From Vulcanimicrobiota bacterium (GTDB lineage Bacteria > Vulcanimicrobiota > Vulcanimicrobiia > Vulcanimicrobiales > Vulcanimicrobiaceae): a stretch of 64,000 nt of DNA. Positions 23,245 through 34,282 of the stretch are shown in pieces. The notes beneath the pieces were generated by a model that was not told the origin of the DNA, did not search any database, and worked only from the letters and a program-made list of their open reading frames with translations. Both the position numbers and the translations under genes were made by a program. The stretch is taken from the NCBI GenBank assembly GCA_963733295.1, contig CAVTCS010000005.1, forward strand, positions 64,001 to 128,000, given 5' to 3'. The first letter of the stretch is position 1, and each line of letters starts with the position of its first letter.

Positions 23245-24477
23245 GTGATCCGTGAAAGTTCCCTCGAGACGCGTTGCTGCATCGCAGGCGGCGGACCGGC
23301 CGGAATCCTCACCGGATACTTGCTGGCGCGCGCCGGAATCGACGTTGTGGTCCTCGAGAAGCACGCCGATTTCTTTCGCGACTTCCGCGGCGATACGGTC
23401 CATCCGTCGACGCTGCGGATACTCGACGAGTTAGACCTGCTCGACGCATTTCTCAAGGTACCTCACAACGAAGTTCATGAGTTGAGGGCGCGCTTCGGCG
23501 AAACGTCTGTCCCGATGGCCGACTTCGGCCACGTGCCCGGGCGCTGCAAGTTCCTGGTGCTCATGCCGCAGTGGGATTTTCTCAATTTCATAGCCGAGCA
23601 CGCCAAGCAATTTCCAACTTTCAAGCTCATGATGAACGCAGAAGCCACCGATCTCATTCGCAGCGACGGCCGCATCAGCGGTGTGAGCGTGCGAACGCAA
23701 GAGGGCACGCTAGCGGTGCGCGCCGACCTCGTAATCGCCGCGGACGGACGCAGCTCGGTGTTACGCGAGCGCGCCGGACTCAAGGTTCTCGACCTCGGGG
23801 CGCCGATCGACGTGCTCTGGATGCGGCTCTCGCGCCACCCTTCGGATCCAAATCAGGCATTCGGCAGCATCGGGCCCGGCGGTCTTCTCGTGACGATCGA
23901 TCGCGGTGACTACTTTCAGTGCGCTCTGCTCATCCGCAAAGGTGGATACGACGAGGTCAAAACACGCGGTCTCGAACGGCTCGGTGCGGAAATCACGGCA
24001 CTCGCGCCGTTTCTGAGCGATCGCGTCGCCGAGTTACAGAGTTGGGATCAGATCAAGCTGCTCAGCGTCACGGTCGATCGCTTGAAGTGCTGGTTCTTGC
24101 CGGGGTTGCTCTGCATCGGCGACGCCGCACACGCGATGTCACCCGTGGGCGGAGTCGGCATCAACCTCGCGATTCAAGATGCAGTCGCCGCGGCGAACGC
24201 GCTGGCGGAGCCGCTGCAGCGCGGCAGTGTCGAAACGCGGGTTTTGGAAGGCGTTCAACGCCGGCGCGAATTGCCGACCAAGTTCATCCAAAGCGCCCAA
24301 GTCTTCATCCAAAATCGCATCTTGAGCGCCGTTCTCGCGGGACGAGGGCCGAGCAAACCGCCGGCGATCGTGCGGCTCTTCGGCGTGTTCCCGACCCTGC
24401 GACGCATTCCGGCTTACGTGGTGGGAATCGGATTCTGGCCCGAACGCGTGCGCACGCCGCGAGCCGGCAGCAAGTGA
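23245..24477 (+). CDS. FAD-dependent oxidoreductase/monooxygenase
   Basis: GGGPAG, EKHADFFRDFRGDTVHPST, AADGRSS, IGDAAHAMSPVGGVGINLAIQDA. Confidence 0.9.
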   Translation: MIRESSLETRCCIAGGGPAGILTGYLLARAGIDVVVLEKHADFFRDFRGDTVHPSTLRILDELDLLDAFLKVPHNEVHELRARFGETSVPMADFGHVPGRCKFLVLMPQWDFLNFIAEHAKQFPTFKLMMNAEATDLIRSDGRISGVSVRTQEGTLAVRADLVIAADGRSSVLRERAGLKVLDLGAPIDVLWMRLSRHPSDPNQAFGSIGPGGLLVTIDRGDYFQCALLIRKGGYDEVKTRGLERLGAEITALAPFLSDRVAELQSWDQIKLLSVTVDRLKCWFLPGLLCIGDAAHAMSPVGGVGINLAIQDAVAAANALAEPLQRGSVETRVLEGVQRRRELPTKFIQSAQVFIQNRILSAVLAGRGPSKPPAIVRLFGVFPTLRRIPAYVVGIGFWPERVRTPRAGSK

Positions 24478-24508
24478 CGACACCAACTTTGGAAAGGAGC
24501 CCACCTCG

Positions 24509-25564
24509 ATGAGCCAGGATTCGCTTCCCAGCGGCGACCGTATGAACCGGCGCGACGTGCTCGTTGGAGCCGCGACCGCGATCGCGGCCGTTTCGATCGC
24601 GGAAAGTGCGAGCGCGCGAACCACCGCGACACCGATCCTTGCGTCCTGGAAAGACGGTCCGGCAAAACAAGGTCTCATCAACTTCGCACGCGCGACGGGC
24701 GATGCGTCGAGCCCGAACTTCGTGAAACCCGAAGATCGTATCGCGACGTTCGACCAAGACGGCACGCTTTGGGTCGAACATCCGCTCTACGCGCAGGCAG
24801 CCTTTGCGGTCGCACGCGTCGTCGCGCTCGCTCCCGAGCACCCGGATTGGAAAACGACACCTCCCTTCAGCGCGGTCCTCTCCGGAAATCCAGACGCGCT
24901 CGCGACCTTGAAAGAGGAAGACTGGGCGCAGATCATCGCGGCGACGCATTCCGGCATGGACACGGAGGCCTTCCTCGAGATCGCGAGCCAATGGCTCGCG
25001 ACCGCAAAGCATCCGCGCTTTGGGCGGCTCTATACCGAACTCACCTATCAGCCGATGCGCGAAGCGCTGGATTTCCTTCGCGCGGCCGGATTCAAAACGT
25101 ACATCGTAACCGGCGGCGGCCAAGAATTCGTGCGAGCCTTCGCGCAGCGCGTGTACGGCATCCCAGTCGAGCAAGTCATCGGCTCGGGCATCCAAACGAA
25201 GTACGAGTTCGTTGACTCAAAGCCGGTCTTGATGCGAGAGCCGAAACTCTTCTTCAACGACAACAACGACGGGAAGGCGATCGGCATCAACCTTTTCGTC
25301 GGCAAGCGCCCGTACGCGGCCTTCGGAAACTCGACCGGCGACCAGCAAATGCTCGAGTGGACCGGCGCAGGAGCGGGAGCACGGCTCAAGATGCTCGTCC
25401 TCCACGACGACCCGGTGCGCGAATACGCTTACGGACCCGCGGGCGGTCTACCTGACACGTCGGTCGGTACGTTCTCCCCCGCGCTCTTGAGCGAAGCGCG
25501 AACTCGCGGCTGGACCGTCATCAGCATGAAGAACGATTGGAGTCGCATCTTCTCGTTCGAGTAG
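24509..25564 (+). CDS. Tat-exported HAD-family hydrolase (acid phosphatase-like)
   Basis: NRRDVL twin-arginine signal, FDQDGTLWVE (HAD motif I), AFGNSTGD. Confidence 0.88.
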   Translation: MSQDSLPSGDRMNRRDVLVGAATAIAAVSIAESASARTTATPILASWKDGPAKQGLINFARATGDASSPNFVKPEDRIATFDQDGTLWVEHPLYAQAAFAVARVVALAPEHPDWKTTPPFSAVLSGNPDALATLKEEDWAQIIAATHSGMDTEAFLEIASQWLATAKHPRFGRLYTELTYQPMREALDFLRAAGFKTYIVTGGGQEFVRAFAQRVYGIPVEQVIGSGIQTKYEFVDSKPVLMREPKLFFNDNNDGKAIGINLFVGKRPYAAFGNSTGDQQMLEWTGAGAGARLKMLVLHDDPVREYAYGPAGGLPDTSVGTFSPALLSEARTRGWTVISMKNDWSRIFSFE

Positions 25565-25583
25565 CGCGCGGGTCGCGCGCCGG

Positions 25584-26456
25584 CTATCGTTTGACGCCGA
25601 AGTCTTCGTAGATCGTGTAGTTCGAGGGCGCCCAGTGCAACTGGGTGCGCGCCTTTCGATTGGAGACCACCTGATCGAGGCACAACGCGTCGGCGAAGGC
25701 CCCGAATTTTTGACGCGCGACCTCGAGCGGAATCGAGCGCGTCTCCGAAAGGCCGAGACTCTCCGCGGCGGCCGCGGCGACGTCGCGCACTCGTTCGGAG
25801 GTCGGGCCGGTTGCGTTGTAGACGACTCCCGCAGGCGCGTTCTCCAGGGCCAGCGCGTAAAGCTCCGCGAGATCGTCGACGTAGACGAGCGGCCAGCGAT
25901 TGTCGCCGTCGCCGATATACTCGACCGCTCCGTCGAGCACGTTGCCGAGGAGCATGCCGGGGAGCCCGCGCCGTTGTCCGAAAACGTCGCCCGGCCGAAT
26001 GACGATCGTATGCGCCCCGGCCTTCGAGGCGTCGAGCACCTCGCGTTCGACCTCGGCGCGCCAGGTTACGATCTCCGGAGGATTCAAGCGCGTCGACTCG
26101 TCCGCGGGCGTGTCGCCGGTGTTTCCGTAAAGCCAGACGCCGCTCGTGTAGATGAAGCGGCGACCGGTTCCACGCAAGGGCACGAGCATCGCTCGAGTCG
26201 CCGCGCTGTCGACTTCACCTTGGCGCGCGTCGCCGGTGTTGCCGCAGTGGATGACGGCATCGGCGTCGCGGCCGGCGACTTCCAGCGTCCTCGGTTCCTC
26301 GAGCGAACCCTTGATAACTTTGTAGCGATGAGCCGAGGCAGACTCCTGAGCGGCGGGCGTGCGAGCGAGCGCGTGGATCGTGTGACCGCGGCGTTCCAGC
26401 ACGCGAGCAACGGCGCTGCCGATAAAACCGTTGGCACCGGTTAGAAAAACTCTCAT
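25584..26456 (-). CDS. NAD-dependent epimerase/dehydratase family protein
   Basis: [33 protein letters not shown]. Confidence 0.9.
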   Translation of the reverse strand: MRVFLTGANGFIGSAVARVLERRGHTIHALARTPAAQESASAHRYKVIKGSLEEPRTLEVAGRDADAVIHCGNTGDARQGEVDSAATRAMLVPLRGTGRRFIYTSGVWLYGNTGDTPADESTRLNPPEIVTWRAEVEREVLDASKAGAHTIVIRPGDVFGQRRGLPGMLLGNVLDGAVEYIGDGDNRWPLVYVDDLAELYALALENAPAGVVYNATGPTSERVRDVAAAAAESLGLSETRSIPLEVARQKFGAFADALCLDQVVSNRKARTQLHWAPSNYTIYEDFGVKR

Positions 26457-29400
26457 GCCTTCGCTAGTTCGTGCAGGCTCTTGAGGTTTTCTTTCTCGAG
26501 CGCTTCGATATGCGAGCGGTCGGCGTGCACGCGTCCGTGCGCTCGCTCGTCGGCGAGCGTCGCGCGAAGATATTCTCCGGTGAAGGATCCTGGGGCAGCG
26601 GCGACTTCCTCGGGCGTTCCTTTCGCGACGAGCGTCCCGCCGCGATCGCCGCCCTCGGGCCCGAGATCGATCACGTAGTCGGCGGTCTTGACGACGTCCA
26701 AGTTGTGTTCGATCGTAAGCACGGTGTTGCCGAGCCCGACCAAGCGCTGCAAGACGTCGAGCAATTTGTGAATGTCGGCAAAATGCAGACCGGTCGTCGG
26801 TTCGTCGAGCACGTAGAACGTGCGGCCGGTCGCACGCTTCGAAAGTTCGGTGGCCAGCTTGACCCGCTGCGCCTCGCCGCCGGAGAGCGTCGTCGCGGGC
26901 TGTCCCATTTTGATGTACCCGAGTCCGACGTCGGCGATCGTCTTGAGACGGCCGTGGATGCGCGGAATCGCGGAGAAAAACTCCGACGCTTCGTCGACGC
27001 GCATCTCGAGCACGTCGGCGATCGATTTGCCTTTATATTTGATCTCGAGCGTCTGCGCGTTGTAGCGCTTGCCTTTGCAGACCTCGCACGGCACGTAGAC
27101 GTCGGGCAGGAAGTGCATCTCGATCTTGATGATCCCGTCGCCCTCGCAGGCCTCGCAGCGGCCGCCCTTCACGTTGAACGAGAAGCGACCCGGGCCGTAG
27201 CCGCGCACCTTCGAATCGGGCACGAGCGAAAACAGCTCGCGAACCAGATCGAAGGCGCCGGTGTAGGTCGCGGGATTCGAGCGCGGCGTGCGGCCGATCG
27301 GCGATTGGTCGATGACGACGAGCTTGTCGAGCGCCTCGGCGCCGCGCACCGTTCCATACGTTCCGGCGGCAGGATGGCCGTGCAGGTGCTGGTTCAAGGC
27401 TTTGACCAGCACTTCGTTGACCAGCGTCGACTTGCCCGACCCGCTCACGCCGGTCACGCACGCAAACACGCCGATCGGAAAATCCACGTTTAGGCCGTCG
27501 ATGTTGTTGGCTTTGGCGTTCTTGACGTTCAGCCAGGTTCGCGGTGTGCGGCGATGCGAGGGAATCGCGATGAACTGCCGTCCGCTCAAGTAGGCGCCGG
27601 TGAGCGACTCGGGATTGCGCATCACTTCCTCGAGCGAGCCGACCGTCAGGATGCGGCCGCCCTCGGCACCCGCTCCCGGACCGACGTCGACGATCACGTC
27701 GGCCTCGCGCATCGTGTCCTCGTCGTGCTCGATGACGATCAACGTGTTTCCCAGGTCGCGCAGCGTCTTGAGCGTCGCGAGCAACCGGTCGTTGTCGCGC
27801 TGATGCAAGCCAATCGACGGTTCGTCCAAGATGTACAGCACGCCGACCAGCGAGCTCCCGATCTGCGTCGCGAGCCGAATGCGTTGCGACTCTCCGCCCG
27901 AGAGCGTCGTCGCGGAACGCGCCAAGCTGAGATACCCAAGCCCGACGTTCGTCAAGAAACCAAGCCGCGCGCGCACTTCCTTGAGGATCTGATGCGCGAT
28001 CAACTCTTCGCGCGGCGTGGGCCGGAACTCGCGGAAGACTCGCTCGGCGCGTTCCACCGAAAGCGCGGTCAACTCGCTGATGTTCATGTCCCCGACCGTC
28101 ACGGCCAGCGCTTCCGGCTTGAGGCGCGCGCCCTTGCAGGCCTTGCACGTCGCCGCCGACATGAACTTCTCGATCTCTTCCTTGACGTAGTCCGAAGAGG
28201 TTTCGTTGAAGCGGCGCTGGAGGTTGTTGACGACGCCCTCGAAGGTCTTCTCGTACTCGTACGAGTGTCCGCTGCGCGTTTCGTACGTAAAACGGTGCGC
28301 GCGTTCGGAGCCGTAGAGCAACGTGTCGACGAGGTCGGGCGGCATTTTCTCGATCGGCGTCGTCGCCTTCACGCGCCGCGAACGCAGCAACCGCTCGACC
28401 TGCTGCATGTACCACGGATTCATCGACGGATAGCGGCCGCCGCCGAGCGACTTGCTCCACGGCACGATCGCGCCTTCTTCGATCGACTTGGTGCGGTCGG
28501 GGATGACCTTCCAAGGATCGATCTCAATCTTGACGCCGAGACCCGTACACTCCGGACACGCGCCGAAAGGCGAGTTGAACGAGAACAGGCGCGGCGCGAG
28601 CTCTTCGAACGAGAGACCGCAGTAGACGCAGGCCAGCTGCTCCGAGAACGTCATCTCGCGCGCCGCCGCCGCCGCCCGGGCCGTGCCTTCGTTGACGTGC
28701 AGTTGGTTCGGCTCGCCGCTGCGGCTCGGCTCGACGAGCACCGTCGCGATGCCGCCCGCCAGCCGAAGCGTGGTTTCGAGCGAGTCGGTCAGCCGCTTGC
28801 GCACGTCGGGCTTCATCACGAGCCGGTCGACGACGACCTCGATCGTATGTTTCTTCTTCTTGTCGAGATCGATTTTGTCACGCAGCTCGCGCGTCTCGCC
28901 GTCGACGCGGATGCGGGCGAAACCCTCTTTGCCGATCTCCTCGAAGAGTTTGTGGTACTCGCCCTTGCGGCCGCGCACGACCGGTGCGAGCAGCTGGATC
29001 CGCGATCCCTCGGGCAGCTCCATCACCTGATCCACGATCTGTTCGCTCGACTGAGCGCTCACCTCACGCCCGCAACTATAGCAGTGCGGTTTGCCGATGC
29101 GCGCGAAGAGGAGGCGCAGGTAGTCGTAGATTTCGGTGACCGTCCCGACGGTCGAGCGCGGATTGCGCGAGGTCGATTTCTGATCGATCGAAATCGCGGG
29201 GGAGAGCCCCTCGATGTAATCGACGTCGGGCTTTTCCATTTGGCCCAGGAACTGACGCGCGTAGGATGAGAGCGACTCGACGTAGCGGCGTTGCCCCTCG
29301 GCATAGATCGTGTCGAACGCGAGCGAAGATTTCCCGGAACCCGAGAGCCCGGTGATGACGATCAGCCGGTTGCGCGGCAGCGTCAGATCGACGTTCTTGA

Positions 29401-29476
29401 GATTGTGCTCGCGCGCGCCTTTGATGACGATCGCGTCGAGCCCGCGCGGAGCTCCGTTCGAGTTGGAGGGGGTCAC
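26453..29476 (-). CDS. uvrA: Excinuclease ABC subunit A
   Basis: [38 protein letters not shown], two ABC domains and zinc fingers. Confidence 0.98.
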   Translation of the reverse strand: MTPSNSNGAPRGLDAIVIKGAREHNLKNVDLTLPRNRLIVITGLSGSGKSSLAFDTIYAEGQRRYVESLSSYARQFLGQMEKPDVDYIEGLSPAISIDQKSTSRNPRSTVGTVTEIYDYLRLLFARIGKPHCYSCGREVSAQSSEQIVDQVMELPEGSRIQLLAPVVRGRKGEYHKLFEEIGKEGFARIRVDGETRELRDKIDLDKKKKHTIEVVVDRLVMKPDVRKRLTDSLETTLRLAGGIATVLVEPSRSGEPNQLHVNEGTARAAAAAREMTFSEQLACVYCGLSFEELAPRLFSFNSPFGACPECTGLGVKIEIDPWKVIPDRTKSIEEGAIVPWSKSLGGGRYPSMNPWYMQQVERLLRSRRVKATTPIEKMPPDLVDTLLYGSERAHRFTYETRSGHSYEYEKTFEGVVNNLQRRFNETSSDYVKEEIEKFMSAATCKACKGARLKPEALAVTVGDMNISELTALSVERAERVFREFRPTPREELIAHQILKEVRARLGFLTNVGLGYLSLARSATTLSGGESQRIRLATQIGSSLVGVLYILDEPSIGLHQRDNDRLLATLKTLRDLGNTLIVIEHDEDTMREADVIVDVGPGAGAEGGRILTVGSLEEVMRNPESLTGAYLSGRQFIAIPSHRRTPRTWLNVKNAKANNIDGLNVDFPIGVFACVTGVSGSGKSTLVNEVLVKALNQHLHGHPAAGTYGTVRGAEALDKLVVIDQSPIGRTPRSNPATYTGAFDLVRELFSLVPDSKVRGYGPGRFSFNVKGGRCEACEGDGIIKIEMHFLPDVYVPCEVCKGKRYNAQTLEIKYKGKSIADVLEMRVDEASEFFSAIPRIHGRLKTIADVGLGYIKMGQPATTLSGGEAQRVKLATELSKRATGRTFYVLDEPTTGLHFADIHKLLDVLQRLVGLGNTVLTIEHNLDVVKTADYVIDLGPEGGDRGGTLVAKGTPEEVAAAPGSFTGEYLRATLADERAHGRVHADRSHIEALEKENLKSLHELAKA

Positions 29477-29542
29477 GGAAGATAGACCCAGCCGGGTGGG
29501 CGAGCGTTGCAGGCGTTCAGAGTGCGGCCGGGAGTCCCGGCA

Positions 29543-30250
29543 TCACGCCACGCTTCCCGGACGGCGCGACGCGATATACTCTCCCACGATGACGAGCGTC
29601 GCATAGGCGATGGCAGCGCCGGCGAGCAGCGACCCGACGATCGACGCGGGCAGCGGCCCCACGCCGGGCGCCAGCGTCAAGAACGCGACGATCACGCCCA
29701 CCGCTAAAAATACCGCGAAGAGTCCGAACACGATGCCGAGCGTCGGAAGTACGCGGTCGTACGCGATTTCCCACGACTCGCGGATCGCCGCGAAACCTTG
29801 GCGTTCGCGTACGATCGCGGCAGGCATCACGTAGAGGCAGAAGAACCCGAACGCCGCTCCGGACAAACCCCAGGTGAACGGTACGAGAAAAGCTGCACCG
29901 GTTCCGATCATCAACAAACCAACGAGCGCCACCAAGACCTGACCGCCGTCGCGCGTGAACGCCGCCCAGCCATCCGCAAACGCGGCACGCCCCGTCTGCC
30001 AGGCGGCGGCGGCCATGCCGGTCGTGAATGCGACCGACGCGACCGCAGCCAGCAACTGAATGATGTCCGCGAGGACGGTGTCGACAATTTTCGCTGCCGG
30101 CGACGCGCCGGGGTCGGGAGCCACCGCCGCCTCGAGCAAGGCTGCGAGCAAGCCGATGACGATGCCCGGCACGACGATCACGGGATTGTGCACGAGCAGG
30201 CGCCACGATTCGCCGAAGATCCGCGAAAGGCCACCCGCGTCGACGCCCAT
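29543..30250 (-). CDS. Hypothetical multi-pass membrane protein
   Basis: About 5-6 hydrophobic helices and an AIRESWEI motif. ATG 30250 lies directly after the HAD stop. Confidence 0.7.
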   Translation of the reverse strand: MGVDAGGLSRIFGESWRLLVHNPVIVVPGIVIGLLAALLEAAVAPDPGASPAAKIVDTVLADIIQLLAAVASVAFTTGMAAAAWQTGRAAFADGWAAFTRDGGQVLVALVGLLMIGTGAAFLVPFTWGLSGAAFGFFCLYVMPAAIVRERQGFAAIRESWEIAYDRVLPTLGIVFGLFAVFLAVGVIVAFLTLAPGVGPLPASIVGSLLAGAAIAYATLVIVGEYIASRRPGSVA

Positions 30251-30251
30251 G

Positions 30252-30998
30252 TCAACGGCGCTTCCGCGCGGCGCGCAGCGCTCCCTCGACTTCCGCAAAT
30301 TCGTGAACGAGCGCATCCGGCGCGCGCGCACCCTTAGGGAGGCTTTCGCCTCGTGCGTTCAGCCAGACGGTGTAGAGGCCGACCTCGGCAGCACCCGCGA
30401 TGTCCCGGTCGTAGCGGTCGCCGACCATCGCCGCTGCCGCCGGCTCCACTCCGAGCCGCTTGCATGCAAAGCGAAAGAGCTTGGGATCCGGCTTCACCAT
30501 GCCGAGTTCGTCGGCGATAAACAACTCGTCGAACGCATCGCTCAGTTCCAGCCGCGCGATTTTGTCGCGATGCGTTTCGGCGAAACCGTTGGTGAGCAAG
30601 CCGAGGCGCAGGCCATCCCGGCGCAACTCGGCCAGCAGATCCAAGACGCCCGGCCAGAGTCGCAGCGCCTCTCCCCGAAAGCGGTTGTACTCCACCGCAC
30701 AGCGTTCGGCCAACGCGATGTCGTCGATGCCAAGCTCGTGCAAGGCCGCTCGCCACATCTCACTTCGCACGCGTCCGAGCGAGGTCGTCAGATGCGCGCT
30801 CGAGAGGTTGTGCCAAAAAAGCTCCGCTTGCGCGACGTACGCATCGCGCAAGGCAGGAGCGTCGACGCCGCGCTCGCGCGCGACCTCTTCGGCAACGCGC
30901 TCGGCCGCCCAATGGTACGTTGCGGTGTCGTCGTGCAGGGTGTCGTCTAAATCGAAGATCACGGCCGCCAGCGGCGGCCGGGTGAAGAGCTCGCTCAC
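30252..30998 (-). CDS. HAD-family hydrolase (YjjG-like)
   Basis: IFDLDDTL, LLTNG, KPDP..F, MVGDRYDRDIAGA. Confidence 0.9.
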   Translation of the reverse strand: MSELFTRPPLAAVIFDLDDTLHDDTATYHWAAERVAEEVARERGVDAPALRDAYVAQAELFWHNLSSAHLTTSLGRVRSEMWRAALHELGIDDIALAERCAVEYNRFRGEALRLWPGVLDLLAELRRDGLRLGLLTNGFAETHRDKIARLELSDAFDELFIADELGMVKPDPKLFRFACKRLGVEPAAAAMVGDRYDRDIAGAAEVGLYTVWLNARGESLPKGARAPDALVHEFAEVEGALRAARKRR

Positions 30999-31735
30999 CT
31001 GCGGCCAAAGCGGAAGCGCGCTTCGAAGGTCAAGCCGGCGCCGACGTTGCTATCGACCAGTTCGCCGGTATCCAGGTTGCGCGTATGGTAGCTCAGTCCG
31101 CGAAAGCCGAGCAGATAGGTCGCGCCCGGGAAGTGCCATGCGTACGCGGCGCTGTAGTCGATTTCGCCGCCCTGTTCCGGCTTGGGCGCGCGGGACGATC
31201 CGTCGGACGAGAAAACGAGCAAGTTGCCTCGCACGTTGGGAGCACCGGTCAGCGTCATCTCAACCGAGCGCCCGCGTCCGGCCGGCAGATCGGCGACGGC
31301 GGTGAAAAGGGGCGAAGTCACGCGCGCGTAGTTCCGATCGCCGTTGTTGCCGTTGAAATTGGAAAGGTTGACGACTTGAAAGCCGGCACCGAGTCGAAAG
31401 CGGTGTTGCTTGTCGAGATCGACTTGCGCTTCGGCGTTCAACAAACTGAGCGAAGCGCTCGACGTGCCGGCGACCCCCGAACTCGACGCGGTAGCGCCGA
31501 TCTGCGGAAACCCCTCGAGGTGAATGCGCGCACGCGGCCAGATCTGGGACGCTTCGAGGAGCGCTCCGGGAACGACGCCCGAAATCGGTACCGGATTATC
31601 CGAACCGAAGTGCGTGCCGGCCAACAGCGCCGCCAGCACCCCGATATCGGTTTCGGCAGCGGCAGGCTCGCGAACCGCGCAGAGGATCGTCATCGCGACC
31701 AACGCGATCGACGCAGCGGCCGCGAGGAGCCTCAC
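30995..31735 (-). CDS. Hypothetical exported protein, probable outer-membrane beta-barrel
   Basis: Signal peptide, alternating amphipathic strands, C-terminal GLTFEARFRF. Confidence 0.6.
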   Translation of the reverse strand: MRLLAAAASIALVAMTILCAVREPAAAETDIGVLAALLAGTHFGSDNPVPISGVVPGALLEASQIWPRARIHLEGFPQIGATASSSGVAGTSSASLSLLNAEAQVDLDKQHRFRLGAGFQVVNLSNFNGNNGDRNYARVTSPLFTAVADLPAGRGRSVEMTLTGAPNVRGNLLVFSSDGSSRAPKPEQGGEIDYSAAYAWHFPGATYLLGFRGLSYHTRNLDTGELVDSNVGAGLTFEARFRFGRR

Positions 31736-32790
31736 TCGCCGTCGTAGTAATCGAGGGCGGGGTTGTCGCGCAGTATGAGGTCGCTCTGATCGATCAGCAC
31801 TTTGTGCGAGTCGGGATAATAGCAGATGTCGTCGCGCGAAACGTTCGAAAGCATCAGCACCAGCGCCTCGGCGCCGGTATCGTTGATCAGCTTATGCGTC
31901 CCGACGGGTCCGACCGGAAACGCAACGAAGTCGCCGCGGCGCAGGCGATACGAGCCGCGCGGGGTTTCGAGCATCGGTGCGCCTTCGAAAACGACGTAAA
32001 GCTCCTCTTCCGCCGCGTGCCAATGGCGCGGACACCACCACTGTCCGGGCGGAATGCGGGCCATTTGGTATCCGAGCCGATCCGCACCGATCGCAAAACC
32101 GATTTCGGCATTCGACGAGCGATAACGCTCCGGCGTTCCGTCGGGATCGTTTCTCCAAACCAACTCGTCGAAGTTGATGCGCGAAGCCAGCGCGTCGCCG
32201 CGCGCGTCGAGGCAACGGCCGAGCACTTCGTACGCGTCGCCGAACAGGCACGTCCCGTCCCCGGTCAGCAAGTTTCGCGGTTTGAGCATGCGCAAGCGGC
32301 GCATCGAGAGGACGGCCCGCGGGGGGTCCGCGAGCTTGTCGTCAGGCATCAAACGGAGCGAACCGGCCGGATTTCCCCACAGCGCATCGCCGACGACGAT
32401 CGTTCCGCTCTGGCGAAAGTAGAGCGCGATCTCACCCGGCGTCTTGAGACCCTCGAGCGCGATGACGAGCGCCCCGAGAAAGGATTCGCCGTTCTTCAGC
32501 GTGCGGTCGACGGGACCGGACAGAAGCGGCGCGTCACCCTCGCCGGCGACGAGCTTCGCACCGGTGGCAGCTGCCAGGGCGCGAGCGTCGCGCTCGTGAT
32601 CGCGATTGGTGATGACGATCCAGGCCAGGCCCTCACGCGCGATCGTGGCGGCGGTGCCCTCGTCGGCCGGAAGCGGATCGATCGCCATGTTCCCGTCGCT
32701 CGAGCGTACGAAGAACGAGTTGAAGTAAAGGTTCCGGTCCGCTTGCCAGGCCGACCACATCGAGATTCCATCGACAACCGTCGCTTGCAT
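31732..32790 (-). CDS. MBL-fold/cupin fusion protein
   Basis: N-terminal IDP...ITNRDHER...TPGEIALY...VGDAL (MBL-like). C-terminal HWHAAEEELYVVFEG...GDFVAFP..TH.LIN...YYPDS (cupin). Confidence 0.8.
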   Translation of the reverse strand: MQATVVDGISMWSAWQADRNLYFNSFFVRSSDGNMAIDPLPADEGTAATIAREGLAWIVITNRDHERDARALAAATGAKLVAGEGDAPLLSGPVDRTLKNGESFLGALVIALEGLKTPGEIALYFRQSGTIVVGDALWGNPAGSLRLMPDDKLADPPRAVLSMRRLRMLKPRNLLTGDGTCLFGDAYEVLGRCLDARGDALASRINFDELVWRNDPDGTPERYRSSNAEIGFAIGADRLGYQMARIPPGQWWCPRHWHAAEEELYVVFEGAPMLETPRGSYRLRRGDFVAFPVGPVGTHKLINDTGAEALVLMLSNVSRDDICYYPDSHKVLIDQSDLILRDNPALDYYDGE

Positions 32791-32868
32791 GGGGCCCAGT
32801 TCCTGCGCGACACACGAGTGTCCTAGTACCCAAGCGGGCTCCGGGGAAAGCGACTCGAAAACGCCGCG

Positions 32869-33663
32869 GTGCGCCCTGCTAGAAACCTGTTTTTGCTCTC
32901 GGCACTCTTGGTGCTGCCGGCCGTTCTCGCACCCGCAGCCTCGAGCGGCAAGCTCGCCGATTCCGCACCCGCGGACCAATACTTCGGCAAGATCAAGCTG
33001 AGCTTTCTCGGCATCAATAACACCTTTAAGGACACCGCGATCTCAGCCGGCGATCACACGACCGATCCCGCGCTCGCGAGCAAGGTCGATTTTGCAATCG
33101 ACGCGCTGAACGACTGGCAGAGGAAGTTTCCGCGAGATCCACAACTCGCGCGGACCTACTTCCTCGCTCAACTGACGCTCAAGAAACTGTGGATCGAGAA
33201 ATATCAGGATAAGGCGTGGTCGTACATGCGACACATCGTCATCGCATATCCCACCACGTTTTACGCCAGGACGATCAAGGCCGATATCGCCCGCGGTTTC
33301 ACCCGCCACTTCTTCGCGGCGGCAGTTCCCTGCGACGCCGCCGCAACGCCGACGCCCAGCGTTACGACGAACAACGGCAAGTATAAGACGGTGGTTGAAA
33401 CGCCGCCCTGCATCACGCCGAGCCCGTCACCCTCGCCCTCGATCGAGCCGTCGGCAATGCCGTCCGCCGAACCCGGGCTGCCCGCGCCCGCATCGAGCGC
33501 GTCGCCGGCAGCGCCTGCGCCATCCGCCTCGCCTGCAGCGCCTGCGCCGTCCGCCTCGCCTGCAGCACCTGCGCCATCCGCGCCGCCTGCAGCGCCCACG
33601 CCGTCTGCGCCGGCGACGCCGGTCTCATCGACCGTGCCGGCGACGCCGGCCTCGTCGATGTAG
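32869..33663 (+). CDS. Hypothetical secreted protein ('APADxYFG' family, paralog 2) with Pro/Ala/Ser tail
   Basis: Signal peptide, SAPADQYFGKIKLSFLGINN...DWQRKFPRDPQL...YPTTFYA, low-complexity C-terminus. Confidence 0.75.
   Translation: MRPARNLFLLSALLVLPAVLAPAASSGKLADSAPADQYFGKIKLSFLGINNTFKDTAISAGDHTTDPALASKVDFAIDALNDWQRKFPRDPQLARTYFLAQLTLKKLWIEKYQDKAWSYMRHIVIAYPTTFYARTIKADIARGFTRHFFAAAVPCDAAATPTPSVTTNNGKYKTVVETPPCITPSPSPSPSIEPSAMPSAEPGLPAPASSASPAAPAPSASPAAPAPSASPAAPAPSAPPAAPTPSAPATPVSSTVPATPASSM
33499..33606 (+). repeat. 4 x 27-nt in-frame tandem repeat encoding ASPAAPAPS
   Basis: Units start at 33499, 33526, 33553 and 33580, mostly with synonymous differences. Confidence 0.85.
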
Positions 33664-33687
33664 GGCCGCTCCTATCTAGGCTTCGCG

Positions 33688-34278
33688 TTAGGGTGCGGTT
33701 GCGGTTATGAGTTCGTAGAACGGCAGCTGGCGTACCGTAAGGTAAAGCGAAGGTGTCGACGGACGCAAGTCCGGCGACATCGTTTGTCCCGGCCGCGGAT
33801 AGATGTTCGAGAAGTGCGATTCCCGCCCGACGACGTGGCCGGTCGCGTCGAGATAGCGGGTTTCGTCGTCGATCGTGTTCCCGCCGGAACTGGTCTCCAT
33901 CACCCGCGCGAGCGAGCCGCCGGCGCGATAGCAGTAACTGGCGTCGGCGCGAAACTCGAGCGAGCGGGTAGCGATGTCGACGATCCCGATCCGGTCGTCC
34001 ACGTACCAAGCCTTCGCGACCTCGCTATAGATGTTCGGGTCGACTCTGATGCGTTGCAAGATCGCACGATCGGCGACGAGCCAGCCATTCCACGAGTCGC
34101 CGGAAAAGATCCGCGCGAACGTCTGCGGCTCACCGCGCAAGGCAACGTCCGCCGTGTGCGCGCAGGCGGCGTCGGTCGATTTCGCCGGTCCAGTCTGCGG
34201 GGCCGCGCCGGCGCAATAGAGCGTTACCGCGGCTAGCGCGAGCGCGTCGGTCGCAATCCGCCGCAGGCGCTCCGCCAG
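33688..34278 (-). CDS. Hypothetical secreted protein
   Basis: The frame is open upstream of TTG 34140 and gives a signal-like [20 protein letters not shown]. The start is uncertain (CTG 34278 or 34266). Confidence 0.55.
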   Translation of the reverse strand: MAERLRRIATDALALAAVTLYCAGAAPQTGPAKSTDAACAHTADVALRGEPQTFARIFSGDSWNGWLVADRAILQRIRVDPNIYSEVAKAWYVDDRIGIVDIATRSLEFRADASYCYRAGGSLARVMETSSGGNTIDDETRYLDATGHVVGRESHFSNIYPRPGQTMSPDLRPSTPSLYLTVRQLPFYELITATAP

Positions 34279-34282
34279 GGTC

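Noticed and set aside
28670..28740. About 20-aa insertion in UvrA as a possible intein or mobile remnant
   Set aside because: It is too short and lacks Cys/Ser...His-Asn splice motifs, so it is probably a variable loop.
33499..33606. CRISPR-like array
   Set aside because: The 27-nt units are contiguous, in frame and have no spacers, and no cas genes are present.
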